A stretch of 64,000 nucleotides of DNA from NCBI GenBank assembly GCA_040954595.2, contig CM082588.2:9470844-9534843 (forward strand), read 5' to 3'. The DNA comes from Balanoglossus misakiensis. Taxonomy: Eukaryota; Animalia; Hemichordata. A program made the position numbers and the translations under genes. Below, piece by piece: positions 1 through 13,231 of the stretch (within the stretch, counting starts at the first letter, position 1; the number at the start of each line of letters is the position of its first letter). The notes below the pieces were generated by a model that had not been told where the DNA came from, did no database searches, and saw only the letters and a list, made by a program, of their open reading frames with translations.

Positions 1-299
1 ACGATATTTCATGGTAAAAACTGCAATTTCTCAATCGTGCTACATCTGGAATGTACACTGAGTCTGAAGCAAAGGCTTTGTCATTGCAAAATCAACATTA
101 TTTGGAAATTCTTAAAGCAATTGAATACAAAATAACTAACTTAAATCATGAGCACCACCTCTGTAAATAGTGTAGGTGGGAAGTTTTTTAAGATGTAAAA
201 ATAATCTTTTATCTAATATTGCTTCATTTATTTTCAAGCAGAGAAAAAGTGTGTTTGTGTGTGGGGGGGGGGGAGCAAGAACTGTTAATTAATATTTAA

Positions 300-570
300 T
301 CCATCCATCCTTGTGGCAAGCTTGGTACATACAGAGAACTGTAAGGTAATATTTTAATCATCCACCCTTGTCACAAGCTTGCTGCATCTTTGGTTCTTTA
401 ATCGATCCAACCTTCATACAAGTATGTTACCGTTTCACTTCCAACCTTGTCTAAAAAGTATGTAGCCAAGGGTACAGCAAGTGTGGAATTTTATCGCTCT
501 ACATGCTTGGTGCAAGCATGGAAATAGACCATGTGTCAAGGTTGTGACATCTTGGTGACTTTCGTAAGGG
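300..570. mobile_element. Right end of a non-autonomous CMC-EnSpm-type element (subterminal repeats plus terminus)
   Basis: Ends in TTCGTAAGGG (561-570), the same terminus as the TSD-verified element at 33769-35043. It is preceded by clustered short CCTTG/CAAG motifs in both orientations. The left end was not found. Confidence 0.5.
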
Positions 571-2481
571 ATTATCGTCAATGAATCTGGATAGCGGCGT
601 GCCATATTATACACTGGTGGTGCCAACATAACAAAAATTGAAATGTTTACTAGAGTGGAAGATGTTTACTACTTCGTGGAAAATACAAAGTCAGGTGAGT
701 GTGTCTCAATTACACACCAAATCTGAGAAGTTTGAGCTTGCTTTGTTAATTCTGAGGACTAAATAATGAGGGGTGTCCCTTTTGCAGCATATGTTTTTAA
801 AAGTAATATGTTGAATACGTCATGCATATTTATAAAATACACAACACAAAATACTTTTTGCTACATTAGCCATTTGATTTATAATGAGAACTGAATTGCA
901 GTGCACTTTAACTGATTGTAACTACTGACTTCACATATGGTTTTAGAATATCTCTATAAAATAATTTTATATTTTTGTTACGTTTATCTAGTGATCATGA
1001 TTCATTCTTATTTCTGTACATACAAAGTAATTTTGTGTAATGGATATTGACATCTTTACTAGCTATTTTTCTCTTTTTTATTAATTTCAATTGCAGTTTT
1101 CAAAAGGGAAACTAGTTGTAACTTGTAGCTGTTTTTAGTTATTTCAGATGAATCTTGTTCTACTTACAAAGGCATGCTCTTAGTCTGCTACATGTATGTT
1201 GGGCAAATTTGTGTCGATGTAGGTGATGACAACTTTTATTGCCACCGCAAATTCTGTCAAGTCATCATAACTCCATGCCTGTAATACGTACAAATAAAAA
1301 TATGTATAAATTAATAAGCACACGAGGGTACTATATTCCTTTTTGTAAATAATACACAATTTTTCATGGTTGCAAGATAGACAACACAAGGTCACGTGGC
1401 ATCAGAAAATATTGAATAACATTTTTTAAACTATGCCATGATGTCATCACATCTGGTCAGATTTGACTCTATCCACAGATACATGAAGGGAAATTTCTAT
1501 GTGAAGTTTATTCCATTGGCTGCATTCTTATGTTTAGTAAACTTGACATTGCTCAGGCAACTGCTTTCACAAATGAGTCAATCTTAACACAAACAATTAA
1601 AATAGATATAACACAACTCATCGCTAGGTAACTCAGAACAACAAGCCTGGTCGACAAAAATCTACAGGATATTTAACTACATGTAGTAACTTTATGGAGG
1701 GAAAAAGAAACTTGCACAAATTGTGTGGACACTGGAAATGCACAGATAATTTACTGTGTATTCCTAACTATATTCCCACACATTATACTTAAACTTACAT
1801 TTTCTGCCACTGATAATAAACAACTACCTACTTCTGGCATGTTCAAGACACACAGTGCAGCACCTGAGAAATCTACTGTTTCTCTCCTGATTTCCGACAT
1901 ACTAACTTCCTTTGGCACCAACAGCACAGCATAGCTTTTCGTATAATGCAGGCCAATGAAACTTTCCTGTATTGGTGCATGGCTGTCATCTACTGTTTTT
2001 TTCTTTTCCTTTGTCTTTGAGAGCATGGCACGCTTGAACCATTACTTCTGGGGTTCCATGCTTGAAATTCAGGTCAACATATCTTTTAAGGTGTTCCCTT
2101 GTTGAATGGTATGGATACAGCTTCTCCACTTCGTCCCACGATTTAAGTCCTAATTGGGCCATAAATGTCCTAATTGGGCCATAAAATGTTCCGTGTAACT
2201 GATCATCTATCTAATTCCTACAACATGCCTGGTATTTATAAACATACCTGTGCAGCCAAATTTACTCTCATAAGTGAAAATGAAGTAAGATTGCTCATAT
2301 CCAAGTTTATGAAGCAAATGTATGTCTCTAGCTCTATCTTCTACCACCAAGCGAGTCAAATGACGCCACAGGATAGGGTTCCCATTCTCTGATTCTGAAA
2401 AAAAAAGTGGGGGCAGATATTATCGCACAGTGTATGGCACTGAATTCATGTAGGGTATATACATATAGGGATTTTACATTT

Positions 2482-3350
2482 AAACAAGTGACCTATCGGT
2501 CAAAAGAGCTCTGCTGACTTTAACAGTGTAACCTGGGCAATGATTTGAATACCCTGGGTTTTAATTCATAACAATTGTATTCTATTGAACAAAACCAAAC
2601 ATAGACATCACAAGTACTTATCAAAATTCAGCTTGATTCATTGTGCTAAAGAAAGAAAGAATTGAATCCTAAGAACAACATCAAAAGGAAGCACCAAGGT
2701 TCTAATTTGCATATTCATGACCCCATCAAAATTCCAATTAACGAAATCAGGTAGGGACACACATTCCTACCTAATTTCAGCTCCATTGTACATTTAGTTA
2801 TGGAGAAGAAGATTTTTGACCAAAAATTCTATTTTTAGATCTAATTTGCATATTCATGACCCGATCAAATCCAAATTAACAAAATCAGGTAGGGATACCA
2901 TAACACACATTCCTACCAAATTTCAGCTCAATCGTACATGTAGTTATGGAGAAGAAGATTTTTGACCAAAAATTCTATTTTCAGATCTAATTTGCATATT
3001 CATGACCCCATCAAATCCAAATTTACAAAATCCAGTAGGGGCACCATAACCCACATTCCTACCAAATTTCAGCTCCATTGTACATGTAGTTGTGGAGAAG
3101 AAGATTTTTACCAAAACTTCTATTTTTAGATCTAATTTGCATATTCATGACCCCATCAAATCCAAATTAACAAAATCAGTTAAGGACACCATAACACATA
3201 TTCAAACCAAATTTCAGCTAAATATGCCAAGTTGTTTTTAAGAAGAAGATTGAAATACCAAAAGTTGACGGACGATGGACGGACGACGGACGGACACTTA
3301 TCAACCTACTGCTACAGCTCGGCTGACACAAGTGACAGCAGAGCTAAAAA
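2482..3350 (-). mobile_element. Non-autonomous Helentron-type element (HINE/DINE-1-like)
   Basis: On the minus strand: T-run, subterminal IR AGCTCTGCTG (3336-3345) with an adjacent partial IR (3316-3325), (GTCC)n-like microsatellite (3268-3295), central tandem array, matching subTIR at 2507-2516, 3' hairpin TGACC-TATC-GGTCA (2489-2502), then CTTGTT. Confidence 0.8.
2701..3250 (+). repeat. Tandem array of about 145-bp units, about 3.7 copies
   Basis: TCTAATTTGCATATTCATGACCC recurs at about 2701, 2840, 2986 and 3131. Confidence 0.9.
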
Positions 3351-3533
3351 GTATGTGATAACAGAGGGCTGACTGATAATTTTAAAGTGGTGAGAAGTAT
3401 GTCATGTCTTCAACTAAACAAAATATCTTCTCTCAAAAAATATTTTAACACAAGTTTCAAATTTATATTCCTCAATAGGCAGTTTTCACTACATCTAGCT
3501 GTAAAACTGTGTAATAAGAACACTAACCCATAA

Positions 3534-5804
3534 TAGTGTGGTATGATGTGTGTTCCCGTAGGATTTTTGTGCTAAAATTGATTTGTTTGCTCTTTTGGCT
3601 TCAATGGGGACCCAACTACCCAAAATTCATGGGGTGCAATTTTTAAGGCCCCTCCATCAATTTTTTTCGGGGGGGGGGGTCTCTTCTGTTTTGTCACTCG
3701 AGGATATTTGTTTACCTCTTTACTCTATTATCATGGGAATTTGGGCTACAATTAATTTGTTTTTGATGTTTTTGCTTTGGAGGGGACCCACCTGGCCAAA
3801 AATAATCAAATGCAAATTATAGGGCCCCGCCATCATTTTTTATTTTAGGGGGGGGCACTTCCATTTTGGCCACTCCGAAGTTGTTTGTTGGCCTATTTAC
3901 TCCCTTCTCATAGAATTTTTTTTCTTTGATGTTTTGGTTTTAATTGGGCTCCACCAGAACTAAAATGATGGGGTTCAAATTTTTGGAACCTTCTATCATG
4001 TCTGGGGGGAATCATTTCTGTTTTGGCCACCCTGAAGATACTTGTTCACCTATTTACTAAACAGTTAGTATTATCTTGGTATTTCTTGCAATTTGGTTTG
4101 CTCCTTTGGCTTGAATGCAGACTGACTGCCAAAAAGTGATGGTGTGCAAAATGTTGGACCCCTTTACCACATTTTTTTGGTGGTGGTGGTGGGGGGGGGG
4201 GGGTTTCTCTATATTTGTTTTCGCCACCCGTTGTAACAGCTGTTTTTTAATCTTAGATGTTTTCTTTTTGATTGGTGGAAGTTCAGGACAATTTGATGAT
4301 TTATCCCTTATCGTGATGAAGGGGTGGTACCCTTTTCACAGATTACGCAAATCTTGTTTTTATCTGACATATTAATTCTGTAGTTTATTGCAAAATGTCC
4401 AAATAGCTATCGATCTGGAACGTAATACGCGGCTTACAGTGCTAAGAAAATAGCCAATATGTATTTAGTAATAAAACTGAGATATAGTTCACAGACTTGT
4501 TTTATTTTCAGTAGTATTGAGCTTCAAAATGAGCCAAATTTGATATTGTTAATGTTTACCAAAAACAAGTTTTAGAGGTAAGACATAGTTCAAGGGCTTT
4601 TTACAGCACTATTACGCTATTGGCGTGTACATTTTAAAATACTTGAACTGATATGTGCTTCACAGGCTTTATTTACGACAGTATTTAACTTTGAAATGAG
4701 TTCAACTGAATATCGTTTTAATACCCCCAAAAAACAAGTGTTGCACTTCAGAGTTTTTGCACAGACTGATGTCGGTGAGAATTTTAGTACAACATGGTAA
4801 ATATCTCAGACATTGATTGTGCTACAAAAGAATAAACAACTCTTAACGAAAAAGTTCACGTCTACACAGACTTTCACTAATTGCCCAGGGAAAAAGAAAA
4901 ACGAGTAACCCTAATATATTATACTATTTGGTATAGCCTAGTATACTATACTTTTGTAAACCATAGAAAACATGAGTGTGGTGATGAGTTGGGTGGCGGT
5001 CTAAGGTGAGGGGAGGTATCTTATGCTAAGTCCAAACCAGAGAGATATTTGTGGTTGATTTGTTAGTGTCATAAATCAACTAAGTATATTTATAAAACTC
5101 AGATAGCGCTGTAGTATATGCGACAACTGATACAAATGTAGGTAACTGATATGTTTACTGATATGAGGCCCTAAAATTTGAACTCCTCATTTTTGAGCAG
5201 TTAGGTCCCCATAGAAGTAAAAAAAAAGAAATTGGAAGAAATCATTTACAAATACACATGTCACACTATGAAGGTTAGATCAATGAACAAATATCTCCAA
5301 GGCTGCTAAAACTAAAGTGACCCCCCCCCTGCAAGAAAATGTGATGGAGGGGTCCAACAAATTGATTTCCATCATTTTGGGGATGTTTATTCATCATTGA
5401 AACCAAAACAGCAAACAAAACAAATAACTATTAGCAAAAACACCTACGAGAATACAAGAAATAGGTGAACAAATACCGTTAAGATTGTCGAAATGGAAGT
5501 GCCCCCCCCCCCCAACAAATGTAATACAGGGGTCCTAAAATTTGCATGTGATCTTTTGTGACCAGGTGGGTCCCCATTCAAGTCAAAACAGCAAAAAAAT
5601 TCTTTAGCAGAATAAATATCTTCAGGGAGGCCAAAACGGGAGTGACACCCCCCCCCCCGAAAAAAGATGATGGAGGGGCCCTTAAAATTGCACCCCATTA
5701 TTTTCGGGTAGTTGGGTCCCCATAGAAGCCAAAACTGCAAAAAAATCAATTTTAGCACAAAAATCCTACGGGAGCTGTTTTTCTTGACATACCATACTGC
5801 ACTA
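3534..5804. mobile_element. Non-autonomous foldback element with about 650-bp modular TIRs, TAG...CTA termini and 3-bp TAA TSD (Academ-like termini)
   Basis: 3534-~4230 is the imperfect reverse complement of ~5165-5804 (e.g. TCCCGTAGGATTTTTGTGCTAAAATTGATTT). Both arms are built of about 160-bp subrepeats with G/C tracts. TAA flanks at 3531-3533 and 5805-5807; the empty site restores the P-transposase reading S-L-W followed by a GT donor. Confidence 0.8.
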
Positions 5805-5807
5805 TAA

Positions 5808-7400
5808 ACTTCTGGAGTGCCAATGTGCTTCAGAATTGGCCCAGAAATTCCTTGTAGTCTTCACCAAATGGGGCACATCAGAAATAAAGTAGACTGATCG
5901 GTCATCAAAGCTCCATGGGTTCTTGCATTTGAATACAAGTGTGTCTCGCGGTGTACCAGGAACTCTGTTCATCCTGTAAAACTTTCGGTTCCATGAAGCA
6001 CCATCACTCGTTGAAACTAGCACCTTTAACTTGCAGGAAAGCTCAAGGTATCCAATGGCATCCCAAATGATAAGAAACAGGTAATCTGCTCTGCAGCCAT
6101 CGGTGAGGTAATAGCACAAACTGGTTTCCAGTTTAAAGGTTAGCCCAAGGACCACAAGTACAAGTACATGACTAGCAATGTCTGGTGTACCTTTGTTGTC
6201 TCCAGGGGAAGAGGCATTTTCAATTCTTCAAAGTTCTTCTTGACGCCACCTAAATTAATGAATCCTACAAGCTGACCCGTGAATTTATCATACACTAGAT
6301 CTCTTTTAATCTTTATTTCATCATGGAGGACTGCGACGAACCGCATATCTTCTGGGACATTCTGCGCCTTCATCTCTGATATTATCCTCTTTAAGAACTG
6401 ACTTACTAACACCTGGTTGCGGCTTTATGTAGTCGGAATAGTCACCAAGTGTCCTTTGGCTTGGTAGTCTGACAAAACCGGATTCTCTCAGGGCATCATA
6501 TGCTGCAGAAGACTTGAATTTGAGGAACAGACACCAACGAATAATTGTGGGGTGCCAGCGTATTTGTCTTTTGTCTTTACATCGGGCATGTTTGATCTGC
6601 TCTTCCCACAATAATCTTTGAAGACTGTCCTCTTTGAACTCCCTGGCAAAAACATTTGCATTTTCTTCCATGAGACTTTCCATGTCAGCTTCTTAGTTTC
6701 ATCACATTCAACACCCTCTTCAATAATCAGCCGCCTTGCCATTCTACTCATTGGAAGTTTCTGACTAACGACCACATTGCGCAAGTTTTTGGCTCTCTGC
6801 TCCGGCCAGTTCTTTGTTAGTCAGGTACCTGAAGTTCACGTTACTGTTTGAACTTGTTTTCTTTCCAACATCTTGGGTGTGGCTTTTCCGTCTACAGATG
6901 AGTGATCTTAGGTTGTTACGATACAGGCTACAATCACTACATCGGTACTTCTCACATACTGTGGTATGATCTACCAGTAAGTGATTCAGCATCAAAGTCC
7001 TCCTCTAGGAATGCCGACACTTGTTCTCAGCAGAAATGGACAGAGCTTTTACAATGACTCCACCCCTATCTCTTAGTAGATCAACAAAGTCATTCTCAAA
7101 ATTCCCACAGCAAATGTTGTCAGCACTTATCACAGAAACAAGTCTGGCCAGCATTTTAACAGATTCTACAACTGGTTCAAATCCATTAAGAATGCAATGC
7201 GTGTAGGAACCACTTTACCATGAACCTTCACTGTCCAACTCAAGTCCTCTTTAACTGTTATACACTTGGCTATTTTCAGCTGCTCTTCATCAACATCCAC
7301 GATCTGATTTACATGAAGGCCTGATGATGGAAGATCAATGAGGGGATATTATTCTGCAATGTGAAAAATGTGAGGTCCCCCTTCACTTGCAGTATCCTGC
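5808..7400 (-). pseudogene. P-element/THAP9-like transposase, frameshifted and interrupted
   Basis: Motifs across overlapping ORFs: IRWHPTIIRWCLFLKFKSSAAYDALRESGFVRLPSQRTL, DEIKIKRDLVYDK..GQLVGF, STSDGASWNRKF, YFISDVPHLVKTTRN. It has several frameshifts and is cut at 5807 by the foldback insertion. Confidence 0.85.
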
Positions 7401-9450
7401 TAACAAAATGATAAACACATACATGTAACTCACAACAATGCAATGAAAAGATGCAGTACATGTATAGTGTGACTTGACAGTAACTTTGTGTCTTGATTTC
7501 ATGAAATCTCTACTCAAAATATAGACTTTTATCTCAGATATTGATAATGACTATACAAGTTTATAATAATAATAAAGTTTATCCATTCATTGTAATGTAT
7601 AACATAATACATGGCCATGAATAAGAATTCACCTTTCCCTGTAGAGTACATGTAGTTTTTACCTGGTTATTCTGTTGGGGGCCTTCAACAGGTGGATCTT
7701 TTTGAGTGCCATTTTTCCTTTCGTTGAAAAACTTTTCGTAATACCCCTTTTGACGATACCATTTGTTTACACGGTAAGGCATTGCACCAGTGTCAAATAC
7801 TCTTCACCTTCTGGACTTGCACTGCAATAGAAATCAATAATTGTAACTGTAATAAAACAAATTGAGAAATTTGAATTTGAGAATATTTCAGCACTCAAAA
7901 GTCACACATATTTTCATGCTCACCCATCCCAAAGCACAAGTACAAGCTCACAACATAAGACTAGTCCAATCTTTGAATGTCCCCAGTAGTGGCACTTGTA
8001 GGGTTTCCAAAATGGTGTACAAGTAGTTTTCATGACCGCCAAAATCAAAACAATCTTTTTAGCTAAGAAATATTGTCAAACAGATAAGTTATTGCCGTAA
8101 CGAAGAAGAACGGCGATTTGAAAAATGAACATTTGGTAGAAACACATTTGGTATGTGTGAACGACTGCACAGGAGAACAAAAGGGAAATAATCTCACAAA
8201 GGCATGTTCCTGCATTCGCAGTGATACGGCTGAGTTAGCCACCATTTACAAACATGGCTACGCAAGGAAATAAACAAGTTCTTGTGTTGGATTATGTCAA
8301 GAGTACTAAAACATTTCAAATTGGACACTCTAGATACTCCTTTTCTTCGATAGCACAGATTTTAAGCACAGATTTTATGATGTAAATGTTTTTTTCATTC
8401 GACACCTCAATCACATGTGTGGCGCCATGTTGATTCTATATTTTTCACATGAACAGACTTCTTATTTTTCGCTAGAAGAGGCAGGACTAAAGAAATTAAG
8501 TACCTTGCAACAATTTGGGAGCGGTATCGTATTTTACTGAGCGGGATTATTTCCCCAGGAGATACATGTTGGGTGATTTTATGAATGATAAGCGAGAGTT
8601 CATCATTTGCATATACACAAATGATGAACTATCGCTGATCATTCATAAAATCTTCCAACAAGTCGTCCCGTTGCGTTCCGTTCGCTCGAAGTTCGGCCTT
8701 ACACAAATGTAATTGATTCTCTAACAATTTTACTGCAACCTGTTGCCACGTCTTATACATTTCGTTGACCGGTGGAATAGAGAGGTTCAGTCATCACGCT
8801 GAACTGGCTCGAAACAATTCCCCACGCTGATTCAACTCGGAACGTACCGGACTTGCGCCTAGCCTATAGGCTATGTGTACCTGACCCAAAACTGTGACAG
8901 CCACGATCGTCTATGATCGTTGCGTCGACTGTCTTCTTTCCAAATTCCACCTTTCTGTTTTGAGCTTACAAAGCGATATTGTCATGGAACCGTCATTTTT
9001 TTATTTCATTTCTGTATTGTAAATGCCGCGCGCTACACGTACTGTTTCTGTTTGACAACAAAGCTACGGCGAATCGGTGGAAATAGTTCCGGTTGATGAC
9101 GTAACACAGGGGTGATCTGGATTTTTGATCTGTCCTGGTCTACGTCACACAGGTGGTGATCAGGGCCAGTTCATGTGATAAAGGCATATATACCATGGGA
9201 CCTTTATGGGATCGGTTGCGTCTGTATGTATATATGGATGTATGTATGGATGTATGTCTGTATGTCCGTCCACATCAAAAACTTGAAAACCGCTGCCAGT
9301 ATGACCTCGATATTTGATGTGTAGATGAAGGCAGAGCTGTAGATGGGAGTTTGTTCAAATGAAGTTGTAATTGCCAAAAATATGCAAATTAGCTTGGAAA
9401 ATGTGAAATTGGTCAAAACTCAAAAACTCAACAACCACTGGTCATATTGA

Positions 9451-12400
9451 TAGACCATGAGCCAGTATAGGCTTACCTCCCCCCCCCCCGGGGGGGAATT
9501 TTTGAGACAATGTTTTTCTGAAAGCCTATCATATACTGAGTAAAATTCACTTTGTTTGCCATCCGGGCACCGGGGCGTTTTCGAGTTATTGGCTTCTAAA
9601 TTATATTGGGTATGTAGGAAAGCCTAAAAGTGCGTATAAATTGACGTAGGGGGGTAAATTAGTCTTGTAAAGTACTGTTTCTCTGAATGTATACCTAGAA
9701 CAACAGGGAAGTATTTGGTATCAAAAGAAAGCTTAATAAACAAGCTTTCCATTAATTACAAAATAAAAGTGATACGACAAATCATGACATCATAGTGACG
9801 TCATAAGTCAAAATACCCTTACGAAAATGGTGTTCTGTTCACCTATAAATGTGAGGTTTTGCAAAACACGTCTCTGAGCAATTGTACTGATGAAAACTGT
9901 GATGTGTTTGGTATCAACAGAAAGCATTTTAAGACCACCTTGATTATAGTCACCTATGATGGTGTCATGCTTTATCTTGTCAGTTTTGGAACTCCATAAA
10001 AAGTTGAAAAAAAGTTTTTCCAAGCGTTTTAAGAATGTACACGGAACATTACAAGTGTTTAGAAGATACACAATTTTCGCTACAGCAAGAGATTTTATAA
10101 CAGTGATTTTACCAAAAAAAGTCAGTCTCCTGAGAGACCACTGAGTTAATAAACTTTCAATAGACAAACACTTGTTATTTAAGATAGCATCGATACCAGT
10201 TGCTGGGTCATTTGAAAAGAAAGTACCAAGAGATTTAATTGGCTGACTTGGCCACTTAATACCGGCATACACTTCCGGTTTATTTTTCCAGGAACCTACC
10301 CATAACCCTTTCATTTTGTTGAGATTTAGGGAAGGACCTGCAACAGAACTGAAACGTTTTATGACATCCAAAGCCTTTTGAATAGACTGCTCCTCAGTAA
10401 CAAAAACAGTGGTATCGTCAGCGACCTGAGAAATACGTATTTTCTTTGACAAGTCTCTTGAATAATTTATATTAAACCCCTTTATGCCACTATCTGATCT
10501 TATTTTGGTGGCTAATATTTCTACAATTAGTAAAAAGAGCAAAGCTGAGATTGGGCATCCTTGTCTTATACCTCTCTCAAGCAGCAATGGCTGCGAGACC
10601 CACCCGTGGTTTAACACACTAGCTTGGCAATCAGAATACAAAGTTTTTATATAGCTAATAAAGTTAGCACCAAAATTGAACTTCTCAAGAGTTTTGAACA
10701 TAAAGTTCCACTCAACCGTGTCAAATGCTTTGCGAAAGTCAAGAAATAGGAGAGCACCTGGCGTATTTTCATAGTTTGCATAATCAATAATGTCGTAGAT
10801 GAGTCTAACATTATTCCCAATGAAACGCCTTTTCAAATAGGCCGTTTGATCGTGGTTAATTATCCTGCCAAGAACAGGTTGTAGCCTAGAGGAAAGAACA
10901 AAGGCGATAATTTTGTAATCGGTATTCAGAAGACTTATCGGTCTCCAGTTTTCTAACACATTTCTCTCATCTTTTTTATGGATAAGACGAAGGTGCGCAT
11001 GTCTAAGCGTGTATGTTAATTTACCATAGCGCAGACATTTGGAGACAGCTCCATACACTGTGGAACCAATACAATGCCAAAATTCTTTGTAAAATTCAGC
11101 AGGAAGCCCGTCGCTACCAGGAGCTTTGTTATTTTTTAGCTTCGTAACTACCTTTGAGCACTCGTCAAAGGAGACTATTTTCCAGGTGCACATTATTTAA
11201 ATACTCATTTATGGTATTGACTGAAATATTATTGGAGGTGTACAGCTGTTGGTAAAAGTGACACGTACCACTTAGAATGTCATCGGGATTGTGTAATATA
11301 TTCTCATCTATTTTTAGTTCAGTTATATCATTTCTGATGCTACGTTTTTTTTCCAAGTTCAAGAAATATTTTGTTGGCTTGTCACTTTCAAAATACCACT
11401 GAGCTCTGGCTCTTACCTTTGCCCCTTTTACTTGATCAGCATAAAGTTGTTCAAGCTCACGCTTAACTTTTTCGTACTCGTTCAAAATATTTGAGTCTAA
11501 AGTGGCGTCAATTTTCTTGTCCAGCTCAACAAGTTTTCCTTCTAAAACAGGTAGTCTTTCCCGTTTTTCCCTCATACGCGACTTAGAAAATTCTATTGAA
11601 AAATCTCTGATCCGTGCTTTACAAAGCTCCCATGTTAGATCAATGGGGCAGTCAGAACACTCTTTTTTAGTCTTTTCAATTAATTCAATAACACCAGCTT
11701 TATACTTTTCGACTCTAAGTAGATCGACATTTAACTTCCAAACACCTGGGCCTCTAGAGAAGCCAGAAACAGTGACGGAAAGAACAACAGCTCTATGGTC
11801 AGACAAAATGGCAGGAATAATTTTGCAAAATTTGACAGAGCCAGAATTTTCTAGTGGCAGAAAAAAAATAATCAAGTCTCGAGAGAACAAGTGGTGTTTT
11901 TTGGCGGAACGTGAATTCCCTGGTATCAGGGTTTTTGAGTCGCCAGACATCAAAAACTTTTAGAAAAGAACAAAAATGTTTAAGAGCTAGAGAGGAGTTA
12001 ACTAAATAATTTATATTACCACCTCTTTTATCATTATGGCTGTCAGCAACACAATTAAAATCGCCAGCAATAACCGGATTACGCATTTCGTGTGAAATAA
12101 TCCATTTAGATGTGTTACGGAAAAAACAATTTCTCTCCTTTGGTTTATTAGGAGCATAGATATTTATGAAAGTAAAAGATGTTTCAAAGATTTTGCAGTT
12201 AACAAGCAGTTTTCTGCCATCTAAATCAGAGTCTGAGGAAATGACACTGACATCAAGGTTTGGTTGAAACAACAAAGAAACCCCTCTACTATTGGATGTA
12301 CCAAAGCTGTGAAAAACCTGACCTTTCCAGGCATGATGAAAGTCTGCTGCAATATCTTCAGTGATGTGAGTTTCTTGTAGGAAGATCACCTGCACCCGTC

Positions 12401-13231
12401 GTTTCAGTAGCCATTGAATCATCGATGCCCTTTTAGAAGCGTCGCGAAGACCTCTGACATATAATGTTATACACTTCAGCTCGAAGTTGCCCATCAAGTT
12501 CAGAAAGTAGGCCTATAGATGAGAAGGACAAATACTCGAATTCACGGCGGTTTATCTCTTTTCGGCGATTGTTGCGATGCAGGCGGCGATCCCGGTGGTC
12601 GTTTCTTCGCTGGTGAAATCTGACCGTGTTGCAGACCATCCCGTTCTGCCGAGAAATCTCTACGCTGATGTTGTAGGAAATCGATGATCGATGTCCGCGG
12701 TAGAACTTCAAGCGATCTTGAGCGTCGGATTCCATCAGGATTCGGCGACGTTTGTACTATCAAACACATCACAGTTTTCATCAGTACAATTGCACAGAGA
12801 CATGTTTTGCAAAACCTCACATTTATAGGTGAACAGAACACCATTTTCGTAAGGGTATTTTGACTTACGTCACTATGATGTCATGATTTGTTATATCACT
12901 TTAATTTTGTAATTAATGGAAAGCTTGTTTATTAAGCTTTCTTTTGATACCAAATACTTCCCTGTTGTTTTAGGTATACATTCAGAGAGACAATATTTTG
13001 CAAGACTAATTTACCCCCTACGTCAATTTATATGCACTTTTAGGCTTTCCTACATATGTTACCCAATATAATTTAGAAGCCAATAACTCGATAACGCCCC
13101 GGTGCCCAGATGGCAAACAAAGTGAATTTTACTCAGTATATGATAGGCTTTCAGAAAAACATTGTCTCAAAAATTCCCCCGGAGGGGGGGTGGGGGGTGG
13201 GGGAGGTAAACCTATACTGGCTCATGGTCTA
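9451..13231. mobile_element. Academ-like non-autonomous DNA transposon, about 460-bp TIRs, TGA TSD, carrying a LINE fragment
   Basis: The left TIR (9451-~9910) begins TAGACCATGAGCCAGTATAGG and the right TIR (~12761-13231) ends CCTATACTGGCTCATGGTCTA; the arms are highly similar over their whole length. TGA flanks at 9448-9450 and 13232-13234. TAG..CTA termini, long TIRs and a 3-bp TSD fit Academ. Confidence 0.85.
9914..12757 (-). pseudogene. L1/Tx1-clade non-LTR retrotransposon fragment: end of ORF1 plus ORF2 (APE endonuclease and RT), frameshifted, truncated at both ends
   Basis: APE motifs VRGLRD, IFLQETH, INIYAPN, AGDFNCV, SRLDYF, SDHRAV. RT motifs KAPGSDGLPAEFYK, NWRPISLLNTDYK, LDFRKAFDTV, GIRQGCPIS, QVADDT. 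It ends at GGLKMLSVD against the TIR, with frameshifts near 11860 and 11170. Confidence 0.92.

Noticed and set aside
571-2200. Exon-like pieces at about 600-694 and 1149-1284 (+) and 1751-2150 (-), plus a 23-bp tandem duplication at about 2146-2186
   Set aside because: No recognisable domain; they do not read as the expected continuation of the P transposase.
2701-3250. Regularly spaced repeats as a CRISPR array
   Set aside because: The whole 145-bp unit repeats with no unique spacers, the context is eukaryotic, and there are no cas genes.
3534-5804. CACTA element because of CACTA/TAGTG ends
   Set aside because: The orientation is inverted (the element begins TAGTG and ends CACTA) and the TSD places the boundaries accordingly.
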